Part shown: piece after piece, positions 30,936-39,217 of the stretch
Layout of the letters: the number at the start of each line of letters is the position of its first letter
Numbering within the stretch: the stretch's first letter is position 1
Assembly: GCA_033764015.1 (NCBI GenBank)
Contig: JANRJK010000036.1
Span: forward strand, 128,001-192,000
DNA from: Candidatus Sumerlaeia bacterium
Lineage (GTDB): Bacteria > Sumerlaeota > Sumerlaeia > SLMS01 > JANRJK01
Length of the DNA stretch: 64,000 nucleotides
Direction: 5' to 3'
Program-made: the position numbers and the translations under genes
Notes under the pieces: generated by a model
Databases searched by the model: none
Told to the model about the DNA's origin: nothing
Seen by the model: the letters and a program-made list of their open reading frames with translations, nothing else

Positions 30936-31856
30936 CTACTGCGAGTCGCCGCCACCGTACGGTGGGCGGGTCTCCGCCACGAGGGAGGAGGCCTGCGCGC
31001 CGCTGCCGCCGCGTTCCTCGTCGAACTGGTCCGCGGAGGGGTTGCCGCCGCCGCGCCCTTGGCTGCTCTCGCCCTCGACGTGGCCGGATTCGCCCTGCGC
31101 GTCGCGCCGCCAGAGGTAGATGTAGCCGCGGAACCGGTAGCCGCGCGGGTCGCTGTGCACGGACTGGAAGGTGTTCGGCTTGATGAACCCCTGGTAGTGC
31201 GAGTTGATGATGGCGTCGTAGCCCTCGAGCACCTGCTTCTGGAAGAGCTTCGGGTACACGGACTCGTGGTAGCGGCGCGCGACGGTGGCGATGAAGTCGG
31301 CCACCTGGAGGCCGGCGGACTCGACTTCCTTCTGCATCATCGGGGTGGCCACGAGCGGGCTGGTCTTCGCGATCGCCGAAACCGTGTGGACGAACTGCAG
31401 CTCGGTGAGCACGCGCTGCTCGTCGGGGCGGCCTTCGGGGATGACGATGCAGCCGAGGCTGGACTGCTCGCGGAGGTGCTGGGCGATGGGGCGCGAGAGG
31501 TACTGGTAGGCGAGGGGGACCAGCCAGGACGGGTGGGCCGGCTTGTCGGTGGTCCGCTTGTCGACGACGACGAGGAAGAACTTGATTCCGAGGCCGGCGA
31601 CGACGCGTTCGAGGCTCTTGCAGTAGGCGAGCGACCAGGGGCGCTCCGCGTTCCGCGGATGGAGGAGGTCGTTCGCGTCCATGCGCGTCATGGCGGGACG
31701 GTAGTTCTTGCGCTGGAAGGAGCGGTGCAGGCCGTTGATGCGGGCCTGGAGGGTCTTCCACTTGGAGCCGGGAACGGAGAGGCCGCCAAGCGACCAGAAG
31801 TGGCCCGAGTTACCGTCGATGGCTTTTCCCGACTGCTGGAAGTAGATGAAGTGCAT
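30936..31856 (-). CDS. DUF3800-like RNase H-fold protein with degenerate active site
   Basis: MHFIYFQQSG (cf. YxDESG), SLGGL, GLQVADFIA; AGGAG RBS. Confidence 0.72.
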   Translation of the reverse strand: MHFIYFQQSGKAIDGNSGHFWSLGGLSVPGSKWKTLQARINGLHRSFQRKNYRPAMTRMDANDLLHPRNAERPWSLAYCKSLERVVAGLGIKFFLVVVDKRTTDKPAHPSWLVPLAYQYLSRPIAQHLREQSSLGCIVIPEGRPDEQRVLTELQFVHTVSAIAKTSPLVATPMMQKEVESAGLQVADFIATVARRYHESVYPKLFQKQVLEGYDAIINSHYQGFIKPNTFQSVHSDPRGYRFRGYIYLWRRDAQGESGHVEGESSQGRGGGNPSADQFDEERGGSGAQASSLVAETRPPYGGGDSQ

Positions 31857-32014
31857 GGGGGGTGCTCCTACGCGTCAGAATGGGGGAGGGTATTGATTCG
31901 GGTGGACCTAGTGCTTCGCGTCCCGGTGCATTGGGTAGACTCCGCGGCCTTGCCGCGGGGAGCCGGGTACTCCGTCCCCGCGTCGAAGATCGAAGGGGGT
32001 TCACTTTCCGTGCC

Positions 32015-33802
32015 ATGATGCGAAACACCGGGAAACCACCTCGCCGCTCGAAGCCGCTCAGCGACGCCACCCACTATAGGGGGCGGCGGGGCTGGGCGAT
32101 GGCGGCCTTGGCGGGGGTTTCGGTGGCGGTGTTTGTTCAACTTTTCAACCTGGCGGTGCGACAGAACAGCGAACTTCGACAGCGCTCTTTGGGCAACCTC
32201 GAACTGCGTCGGCGGCTGGATCCGCCCCGTGGCACAATCTACGACCGGGATGGACTGGTTCTCGCCGAGACTCGATTCCGGTATGATGTCTGGCTGGCTC
32301 CGGCCCGCTACGGGCGCCGTGGCTGGGCGAGGACCTTGGATCGACTCGAAGTCGATACACAGCGCCTCGGGTTCCTCAAGGACAACTTCCGCGAGGCGGC
32401 ATATCGGGCTTCGGAGAACGGGCGCCGGCTGCTGCTCGCGCGGGGGCTCAGTCTGGACGAGGCGCTTCCCCTGCTGCACGGAGGGAAGTCCTACCCGGCC
32501 CTTTCGGTGGAGACTGTTCACCAGCGGATTTACCATCTCTCGGAAGGGGCTGCCTTGGCCGTTGGTTACCTCGGGGCAATCCCGGAGGCGCGTGGGGGGG
32601 AGTTTCCGGATGAACGGTACGCTCGGGATTCCCGGGTTGGGATCGCCGGGATCGAGGGAATCCACGAGGGCGATCTAGCGGGGTTTCCCGGTGTCGCCAC
32701 CGCCCGCCGGGGAGGGGGCACGGAGACGGTGGAAACGGCGAGCGCACAGCCGGGGCGAGATTGTTACCTGACCTTGTCGGGGTTGTGGCAAGAAAAAGCC
32801 TACGAAATCTTGAGCGGGCGCCATGGCTCGATAATCGTCCTCGATTGCGACACCGGCGCGATCCGTGTCGCCGCCTCGGCTCCCTCCTTCGATCCCGAGA
32901 GGCCCGGGGGCACCGGTGGCGAAGGCGAAACCAGCTTTCTGTTCCGCGCGGCGGCGGGGCTATATCCGCCCGGCTCGACGCTGAAGCCGTTCGCGCTGGC
33001 GGCGATTCTGGAGGCGGGCCTGCATCGGCCCCAGGAAACGATCGAGTGCCGCGGCGAGTTCCGCTTGCCGGGCTGGTCGCGCCCGTTCCACTGCACGGCG
33101 GCGCATGGGGCGGTCACCGCGGAACGGGCATTGAAGGTGAGCTGCAACACTTACTTCTACCGCGCGGGGTCGGAACTCGGGGCGGAGCGGCTGCTTGCTT
33201 CCTACGCCCGGTTCGGCTTCGGCGCGGAGCCGGGCCTTTCCATCCCGCAGCAGAAGGCGGGGCGGCTTCCGGACGCCGGTTCGGTCGCGGCGGGAGAGCT
33301 GGTGAACCTGTCCATCGGGCAGGGCTCCCTGCTCGCGACGCCGCTGCAAGTGGCGCGCGCGTACGCGTCGCTCGCGAACGGCGGCGCGCTGCCGGTGGCG
33401 CATCTGGTGGAGCAGTGGGTGCTGCCCGATGGCTCGGTGCTCGAGCCGTGGCGCTCGGCGAAAGCGACGCGCACCGGGCTTCCGGCGGCGACGCGCGCCG
33501 TGCTGATCGCGGGCATGGGGCGGGCGGCGAACGAGAGCGGCGGCACGGCGTCCCGCGCGGGCTTCGATCCGGAGTGGGAAGTCTGCGGCAAGACCGGCAC
33601 CGCGGAGAACGCCCGCAACGGGGTCGATGCGTGGTTCGCCGGCTTCTATCCCGAGAGCGCGCCGCGGCATGTGGTCGTGGTGCACATCGAGGACGCGGAG
33701 GGGCACGGCGGCGACATCGCCGCGCCGCTCGCCGCGGAGCTGATCGCCTTCATGGAGCGGCCGGACGCGGAGGCGCCGGACCTTGCGGAAGCAGCCCCTT
33801 GA
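32015..33802 (+). CDS. Class B penicillin-binding protein (PBP2/MrdA-like)
   Basis: TM, then PPRGTIYDRDG pedestal, YPPGSTLK (SxxK), SCN (SxN), GKTGTAE (KTG), SIGQG, AWFAGFYP. Confidence 0.92.
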   Translation: MMRNTGKPPRRSKPLSDATHYRGRRGWAMAALAGVSVAVFVQLFNLAVRQNSELRQRSLGNLELRRRLDPPRGTIYDRDGLVLAETRFRYDVWLAPARYGRRGWARTLDRLEVDTQRLGFLKDNFREAAYRASENGRRLLLARGLSLDEALPLLHGGKSYPALSVETVHQRIYHLSEGAALAVGYLGAIPEARGGEFPDERYARDSRVGIAGIEGIHEGDLAGFPGVATARRGGGTETVETASAQPGRDCYLTLSGLWQEKAYEILSGRHGSIIVLDCDTGAIRVAASAPSFDPERPGGTGGEGETSFLFRAAAGLYPPGSTLKPFALAAILEAGLHRPQETIECRGEFRLPGWSRPFHCTAAHGAVTAERALKVSCNTYFYRAGSELGAERLLASYARFGFGAEPGLSIPQQKAGRLPDAGSVAAGELVNLSIGQGSLLATPLQVARAYASLANGGALPVAHLVEQWVLPDGSVLEPWRSAKATRTGLPAATRAVLIAGMGRAANESGGTASRAGFDPEWEVCGKTGTAENARNGVDAWFAGFYPESAPRHVVVVHIEDAEGHGGDIAAPLAAELIAFMERPDAEAPDLAEAAP

Positions 33803-33922
33803 GCCGTTCCCGTTTGACAGTGCCCATGCGGCGTTCCTGACTTAGCATCACCGCTATAGGAGCGCGCGCCCCCGTCGCGCGCTTCCGTCTTTTCTTCGAA
33901 GCGCGTCTCCGGAGTCGCCGCC

Positions 33923-36900
33923 ATGTCGCAGAACACTTGCCGCGAGTGTGGGAAGAGCTGGGCCGCAACCCTCGCGGGCCAAGAGCCCAGCGCGCTGTGC
34001 CCGCGTTGCAACCGCCCGGTGCCCCGCTCCATCGCCGAGGCGAACGCCGACGACGACCTCCACGAGCAGCAGACGATCATCACCGGCGGCATGGGAAACC
34101 TGGGCGATCCGGACCTGAGCGAGGAGAAGACGATTCTGCAGGCGCAGATGGAGGCCGCTCCGGAGCCGAAGAGTTCCGGCGACTTCCTGGCGGAGGTGGA
34201 GACCGTGATCCAGGCCTCGCCGGCGAAGGCGCCGCCTCCTCCTCCCCCGCCGCCCCCGGTCCTGAAGGCAGCCTCCGCGCCGCCGCCGCCGCCCGCGCCG
34301 CCGCTGCGCCCCGCCGCCGCCGAGGACCTGCCCACGCAGTACGTCGAGGAGGCCACCGTGCGCGTTTCGACGAAGGGCGCGCTCGACATGCCACCGCCGC
34401 CGTTCGATCCGCCGCGCAAGGCCGCGCCCCCCGCGCCGCCGCCCGCGCCGCCGAAGCCCTTCGCCGGCTTCGCGGACGAGACCCAGGACACCCGCGTCGC
34501 GCCCTCTCCCGTGGCGGCGCGGGCGCCGGAGCGCAGTCCCGAGTCGGGCCAGCGCATCGCGGACGAGACGGAGATGACGATGCCGGTGCCGGAGCGCACC
34601 GGCGCGACGCAGCCCACCGCGCCGACGCACCAGTTGCCCGGCGCCGTGGCCGTGACCGCGGTCGCGGCGGCGACGGGCGTCGCCAAGTCGATGCCGCTGC
34701 CCCCCATGGGCAGCAGCGACTCGGTCCCGATGGAATCGGAGTCGCCCACGATGCCGACGCCCGCGGCGCAGGGGCAGCGGCGGTCGACCACGGACAGCGC
34801 CAAAGCCGCGCCCGGGAAGATGGACCTGACGGGCGAGACGATCTCGGGCTACCGGATCACGAAGAAGCTCGGCGCCGGCGGCATGGGCGCGGTGTTCCTG
34901 GCGCGGCAGCTTTCGCTCGACCGCGACGTGGCGATCAAGGTGCTCCCCTCGCAGATGGCGGAGAACCCGGAGCTGATGGCGCGCTTCACCCGCGAGGCGC
35001 TCAGCGCCGCGCAGCTCGCGCACCACAACATCATCCAGGTGTTCGACGTCGGCTGCGACGGCGGCGTGCACTTCATCGCGATGGAGTTCGTGCGCGGCAA
35101 GAGCCTCCGCGACTTGATCAAGAACGACGGGAAGCTGAACTTCGACGACGCGGCGGCCTATGTGCTGCAGGCGGCGCGCGGACTCCTGTTCGCCCACCAG
35201 CGCGGCATCATCCACCGCGACATCAAGCCCGACAACCTGATGCTGAGCGACCTCGGGATCGTAAAGGTCGCCGACATGGGTCTGGCGAAGATGACCGGCC
35301 AGGCGGAGGGCGGCGGACCGCGCTTCAGCTTCGAGGACCGCCGACTGATGGAGGCGGCGGGCGACCTCACCATGGCCGACGTCGCCATGGGCACGCCGGC
35401 GTACATGCCGCCCGAGCAGGCTCGCGACGCCTCGACCGCGGACCACCGCGCGGACCAGTACTCGCTCGGGTGCACGCTCTACTACCTCTGCGCGGGCAAG
35501 ACGCCCTACGAAGGCAAGACGGCCTTCGAGCTGATCACGAAGCACCTGAAGGAGCCGCTGCGCCCGCTCGAGACGCTCGTCAACGGCGTGCCGCCGGCGC
35601 TGAGCGCGATCATCAGCCGGATGCTGCAGAAGAATCCGGAGGACCGCTACGCGTCGCTGGACGAAGTGATCCGCGCGCTGGAGGACTACCTCGGCCTGGA
35701 GAGCGATAAGAGCGCCTACCAGCCGCGCGAGCAGCACCTCGCGGCGCTGGACAAGGAGGTGAAGGCGTTCACGGCCGCGGGCGCGGCGCGCAAGCGCGGG
35801 CTGGTGATCGGCGGCTTCTACGGCGCCATGGCGCTGCTGGCGGTGCTCTGCGTGGCGCTGCGCCAGTGGCCGCTCGCGGGGGGCTTCGTCGGCCTGGCCG
35901 TGCTCACGCCGCTCGCCTATTTCATCCTCGACGGCATCCGCTCGAAGACCTTCCTGTTCCGCCGCGTCCGAAACGTGTTCTTCGGCATGACGCCGAAGGG
36001 TTGGGCGGCGACCGTCGGAATCACGCTGCTGACGCTGATCGTGCTCTTCATGATCGACTGGCTGTGGTTTTGGATCGGTTTCGCGCTGCTGGCGGCGGGC
36101 GCGGCGGTGGCCTACGACCGTTCCGTGGTGACGCCGCTGCGGCGCGACCGGAGCGGCCCGGTTCTCCGCACGCAGGAGATGCTCAAGTCGCTCCGCGTCC
36201 GCGGCGCGTCCGAGGAGGCGCTGCAGGACTTCGTCTGCCGCTTCGGCGGCGAGCACTGGGAGGAGTTCTTCGAGGAGCTGTTCGGCTACCCGGACCTGCT
36301 GCGGATGCGCGGCAAGTGGGCCGCCATGGACGACGTGAAGCCGCGGAGGAAGTTCGGCGTCTGGCGCGACCCGGTGGCGCGCTGGTGCGACGCGATCGAG
36401 GAGGCGCGCAAGGTGGCGCGCGAGCGCGCCGCGCTGGAGCGCACGGAGAGGGAGCGCCTCAAGGCCGCCGGCATGACGGAGCAGCAGGCCGCGAAGGAGG
36501 CCGAGGTCGAAGCGACCAAGATCCTCGCGGAGGAAGTGCTCGCGGTGCAGACAAAGGCACCCGTCGCCCCCGGCACCAAGAAGCCGCTCACCGCGGTCCG
36601 CGTCCACAACATCAAGCCGTTCACGATCACCTTCACCAGCGTGTTCCGCTTCGCGAGGCTCGCGCTGGGCGCGCTGCTGGTGTTCGCGTGGATGGCCGCT
36701 TACCGCGAGCAGCTCGGCATCAACATCCCGGAGTTCGCAGCGAGGTGGTCCATGGGCCTGCTGGAGTGGGCGGGCTATGGAGTCTGGTGGTACGGTTCGC
36801 TGGTGGTGGGCCTCGCGTTCATCGCGAGCGCACTGCTCCGCACGGCGTTCCTTCCGGTGATCATCGTGGTCCTCGGGACCACCACGCTGACGACGAAGCT

Positions 36901-37045
36901 ACTGAGCGCGGTGGTGGCGCTCCCCGCGATTCCCGGGTTCGGAGACACGCATCCGGCGGTGGCGCTGTTCCGCATCGGCCTGCTGCTGACGGCGCTGCTC
37001 GGAGCGCGGGCGGTCTGGGTGAAGATCACCGGCAAGGATTGGTAA
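33923..37045 (+). CDS. Hanks-type Ser/Thr protein kinase with N-terminal Zn ribbon, Pro-rich linker and multi-TM C-terminus
   Basis: CREC...CPRC; LGAGGMGAV, VAIK, HRDIKPDN, DMGLAK, GTPAYMPPEQ; several TM helices. Confidence 0.95.
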   Translation: MSQNTCRECGKSWAATLAGQEPSALCPRCNRPVPRSIAEANADDDLHEQQTIITGGMGNLGDPDLSEEKTILQAQMEAAPEPKSSGDFLAEVETVIQASPAKAPPPPPPPPPVLKAASAPPPPPAPPLRPAAAEDLPTQYVEEATVRVSTKGALDMPPPPFDPPRKAAPPAPPPAPPKPFAGFADETQDTRVAPSPVAARAPERSPESGQRIADETEMTMPVPERTGATQPTAPTHQLPGAVAVTAVAAATGVAKSMPLPPMGSSDSVPMESESPTMPTPAAQGQRRSTTDSAKAAPGKMDLTGETISGYRITKKLGAGGMGAVFLARQLSLDRDVAIKVLPSQMAENPELMARFTREALSAAQLAHHNIIQVFDVGCDGGVHFIAMEFVRGKSLRDLIKNDGKLNFDDAAAYVLQAARGLLFAHQRGIIHRDIKPDNLMLSDLGIVKVADMGLAKMTGQAEGGGPRFSFEDRRLMEAAGDLTMADVAMGTPAYMPPEQARDASTADHRADQYSLGCTLYYLCAGKTPYEGKTAFELITKHLKEPLRPLETLVNGVPPALSAIISRMLQKNPEDRYASLDEVIRALEDYLGLESDKSAYQPREQHLAALDKEVKAFTAAGAARKRGLVIGGFYGAMALLAVLCVALRQWPLAGGFVGLAVLTPLAYFILDGIRSKTFLFRRVRNVFFGMTPKGWAATVGITLLTLIVLFMIDWLWFWIGFALLAAGAAVAYDRSVVTPLRRDRSGPVLRTQEMLKSLRVRGASEEALQDFVCRFGGEHWEEFFEELFGYPDLLRMRGKWAAMDDVKPRRKFGVWRDPVARWCDAIEEARKVARERAALERTERERLKAAGMTEQQAAKEAEVEATKILAEEVLAVQTKAPVAPGTKKPLTAVRVHNIKPFTITFTSVFRFARLALGALLVFAWMAAYREQLGINIPEFAARWSMGLLEWAGYGVWWYGSLVVGLAFIASALLRTAFLPVIIVVLGTTTLTTKLLSAVVALPAIPGFGDTHPAVALFRIGLLLTALLGARAVWVKITGKDW

Positions 37046-37051
37046 GGCGCG

Positions 37052-37357
37052 TCATCCCGCGAGGCCGAGCGCGGCGCGCACGGCCTCCGGACCAACCGCA
37101 TCGAGCCGCAGCGTCTTGCGGCGGTCCGTGGCGCCGCGCAGCAGCTCGACGCGCGACAGCGGCAGTCCGAGCGCCTTCGCAACCAAGCGCCGCACCGCGT
37201 CGTTCGCCTTGCCGTCCTCCGGCGGCGCCGCGACAGAGACCTTGAGCCGCCCGTCGTGCACGGCGCCGAAGCCCTCGCGCCGCGCTTTTGGCGTGACGTG
37301 GAGATGCAGCAGCGTCCCGCCCTCGCAGGATTCGACCGGGGCGGCCGGGGCGCTCAC
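37052..37357 (-). CDS. DUF167 (YggU/UPF0235) family protein
   Basis: HVTPKARR...LKVSVAAPPEDGKAN...GATDRRK; GTG overlaps the fabD stop. Confidence 0.9.
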   Translation of the reverse strand: MSAPAAPVESCEGGTLLHLHVTPKARREGFGAVHDGRLKVSVAAPPEDGKANDAVRRLVAKALGLPLSRVELLRGATDRRKTLRLDAVGPEAVRAALGLAG

Positions 37358-38295
37358 CCCGCGGCGAGCGCCGCCAGCGCCGCATCCATCGCCGCCGCGC
37401 CCTCGGTCGAGTGGCAGACGGCCTCCTTGCGGATCCGCCCGACGAGGCCCTTGAGCACCTTGCCCGCGCCGACCTCGACGAAGGTCGAGAAGCCGGCGGC
37501 GGAAAGCGCCTCGACGGACGCGACCCAGCGCACCGGCGAGACCACTTGGCGCACGAGCGAATCGCGGATCGCCTCCGGATCGGAGAGCGCCTTCGCGTCG
37601 GCGTTGTTGATGAAGAGGCACGCGGGCGGCTGGAGCTTCGCGTCGGCGAGCGCCGCGCGCATGGTCTCCGCGGCGGGCTGGACCAGCGGCGAGTGGAACG
37701 CGCCGCTCACGGGGAGCGGAAGCGCGCGCTTCGCGCCCGCCGCCTTCGCGGCCTCGCAAAGCGCCGCGACGCCCTCCGGCGAACCGCTCACCACGGTCTG
37801 GCCCGGGTCGTTGAAGTTGGCCGCGACCACGACGCCCTTGTCGGAGGCGGCGGCGCACAGCTCCTCGACCTTGGCGCCGTCTAGGCCCAGGATCGCCGCC
37901 ATGGCGCCGGGCGCGTGGGTGCCCGCCTCGGCCATGGCGAGTCCGCGCGCGCGCACCAGGCGCAGGCCCGTCTCGAAGTCGAACACACCGGCCGCATAGA
38001 GCGCGGTGTACTCGCCGAGCGAGTGGCCCGCGACGGCGCCGGGCGCATGGCCCGCGGCGCGGAGCACCTCGAGCGTCGCGGCGCTGGACACATACAACGC
38101 GGGCTGCGTGATCTCCGTCGGCTTCAGCTTGTCTTCCGGGCCCTCGAAGCAAAGCTGCGTCAACGGGAGCCCGAGGATCGCGTCGGCGCGCTCGAACAGC
38201 GCGCGGGCTTGCGGGTTGCGCTCGGCGGCGTCCTTGCCCATACCGGACGCTTGCGAGCCTTGGCCGGGAAACAGAAAGGCGGTCTTGCCGGACAT
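37354..38295 (-). CDS. fabD: Malonyl-CoA:ACP transacylase
   Basis: FPGQGSQ, TQPAL, GHSLGEY, VSGAFHS, EVGAGKVL. Confidence 0.97.
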   Translation of the reverse strand: MSGKTAFLFPGQGSQASGMGKDAAERNPQARALFERADAILGLPLTQLCFEGPEDKLKPTEITQPALYVSSAATLEVLRAAGHAPGAVAGHSLGEYTALYAAGVFDFETGLRLVRARGLAMAEAGTHAPGAMAAILGLDGAKVEELCAAASDKGVVVAANFNDPGQTVVSGSPEGVAALCEAAKAAGAKRALPLPVSGAFHSPLVQPAAETMRAALADAKLQPPACLFINNADAKALSDPEAIRDSLVRQVVSPVRWVASVEALSAAGFSTFVEVGAGKVLKGLVGRIRKEAVCHSTEGAAAMDAALAALAAG

Positions 38296-38374
38296 GCGGT
38301 GCTCCTTCGATCAGGTGAACAGCGCATGCTGACAAGCCCCCCGCCCGTGGGCAAGCGCCGCCCGATGGGACACC

Positions 38375-39217
38375 ATGGCTGACGTTTCCATCCTGGTCCT
38401 CACGCTCGACGAAGAGAAGAACCTCCCGGGCTGCCTGCGGTCGGTGGCGTGGGCGGACGACGTCGTGGTGCTCGACTCCGGCAGCACGGACCGGACCGTG
38501 GCCATCGCGGAGCGGGCGGGGGCGCGCGTGTTCCACCGGCGGCTCGACGATTGGGCTACCCATTGCGACTGGGCCTTCCGCGAGCTCCCGTTCCGCCAAG
38601 AATGGGTGTTCATGATCGACGCGGACGAGCGCATGTCGCCGGCTCTGGCGCGCGAGATCGAAGCGTTCGTCCGCCACGCGCCCGCCGACTGCGGCGCGGC
38701 GCGCGTGCGCTTCAAGAACATGTTCCAAGGCCGGTGGATCAAGCACGCCAGCCTGTACCCGAGCTGGATCACGCGGCTGCTTCGGCGCGGGCGGTTCCGC
38801 TACGAGCCGCGGCTGGTGAATGCGCACCCGGTGGTGGAGGGGGCGGTGCACGACCTTCGCGGGCACTTGGTTCACTACAGCTTCAACAAAGGCATCGCCC
38901 ATTGGTTCGACAAGCACAACCGCTACTCGAATTTGGAGGCGGTCGAAACGTTGCGTCAGCGGCGGGCCGGTGGCGTGCGCTGGCGGGACTTGCTCAACAG
39001 CGACCCGATGAAGCGGCGGCGCGTGCTGAAGAATCTATCGATGCACCTGCCCGCGCGCTCGCTGTGGAAGTTCCTCTACATGTACGGCCTGCGGCGGGGA
39101 TTCCTCGATGGAATCCCCGGGCTCAACTACTGCCTGTTGCAGGCGGTTTATGAGTTCATGATAACGTTGAAGGCGGAGGAGATGGGCGGGAAATCTACTG
39201 AAGACGATGTTCCTTAA
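38375..39217 (+). CDS. Glycosyltransferase family 2 (beta-1,4-glucosyltransferase/WaaE-like)
   Basis: DSGSTDRT, IDADE, KHNRYS, GFLDGIPG. Confidence 0.92.
   Translation: MADVSILVLTLDEEKNLPGCLRSVAWADDVVVLDSGSTDRTVAIAERAGARVFHRRLDDWATHCDWAFRELPFRQEWVFMIDADERMSPALAREIEAFVRHAPADCGAARVRFKNMFQGRWIKHASLYPSWITRLLRRGRFRYEPRLVNAHPVVEGAVHDLRGHLVHYSFNKGIAHWFDKHNRYSNLEAVETLRQRRAGGVRWRDLLNSDPMKRRRVLKNLSMHLPARSLWKFLYMYGLRRGFLDGIPGLNYCLLQAVYEFMITLKAEEMGGKSTEDDVP

Noticed and set aside
32015..32950. Slightly atypical codon usage in the 5' half of the PBP gene (possible mosaic)
   Set aside because: Cannot be quantified by eye; the frame is intact and low expression could explain it
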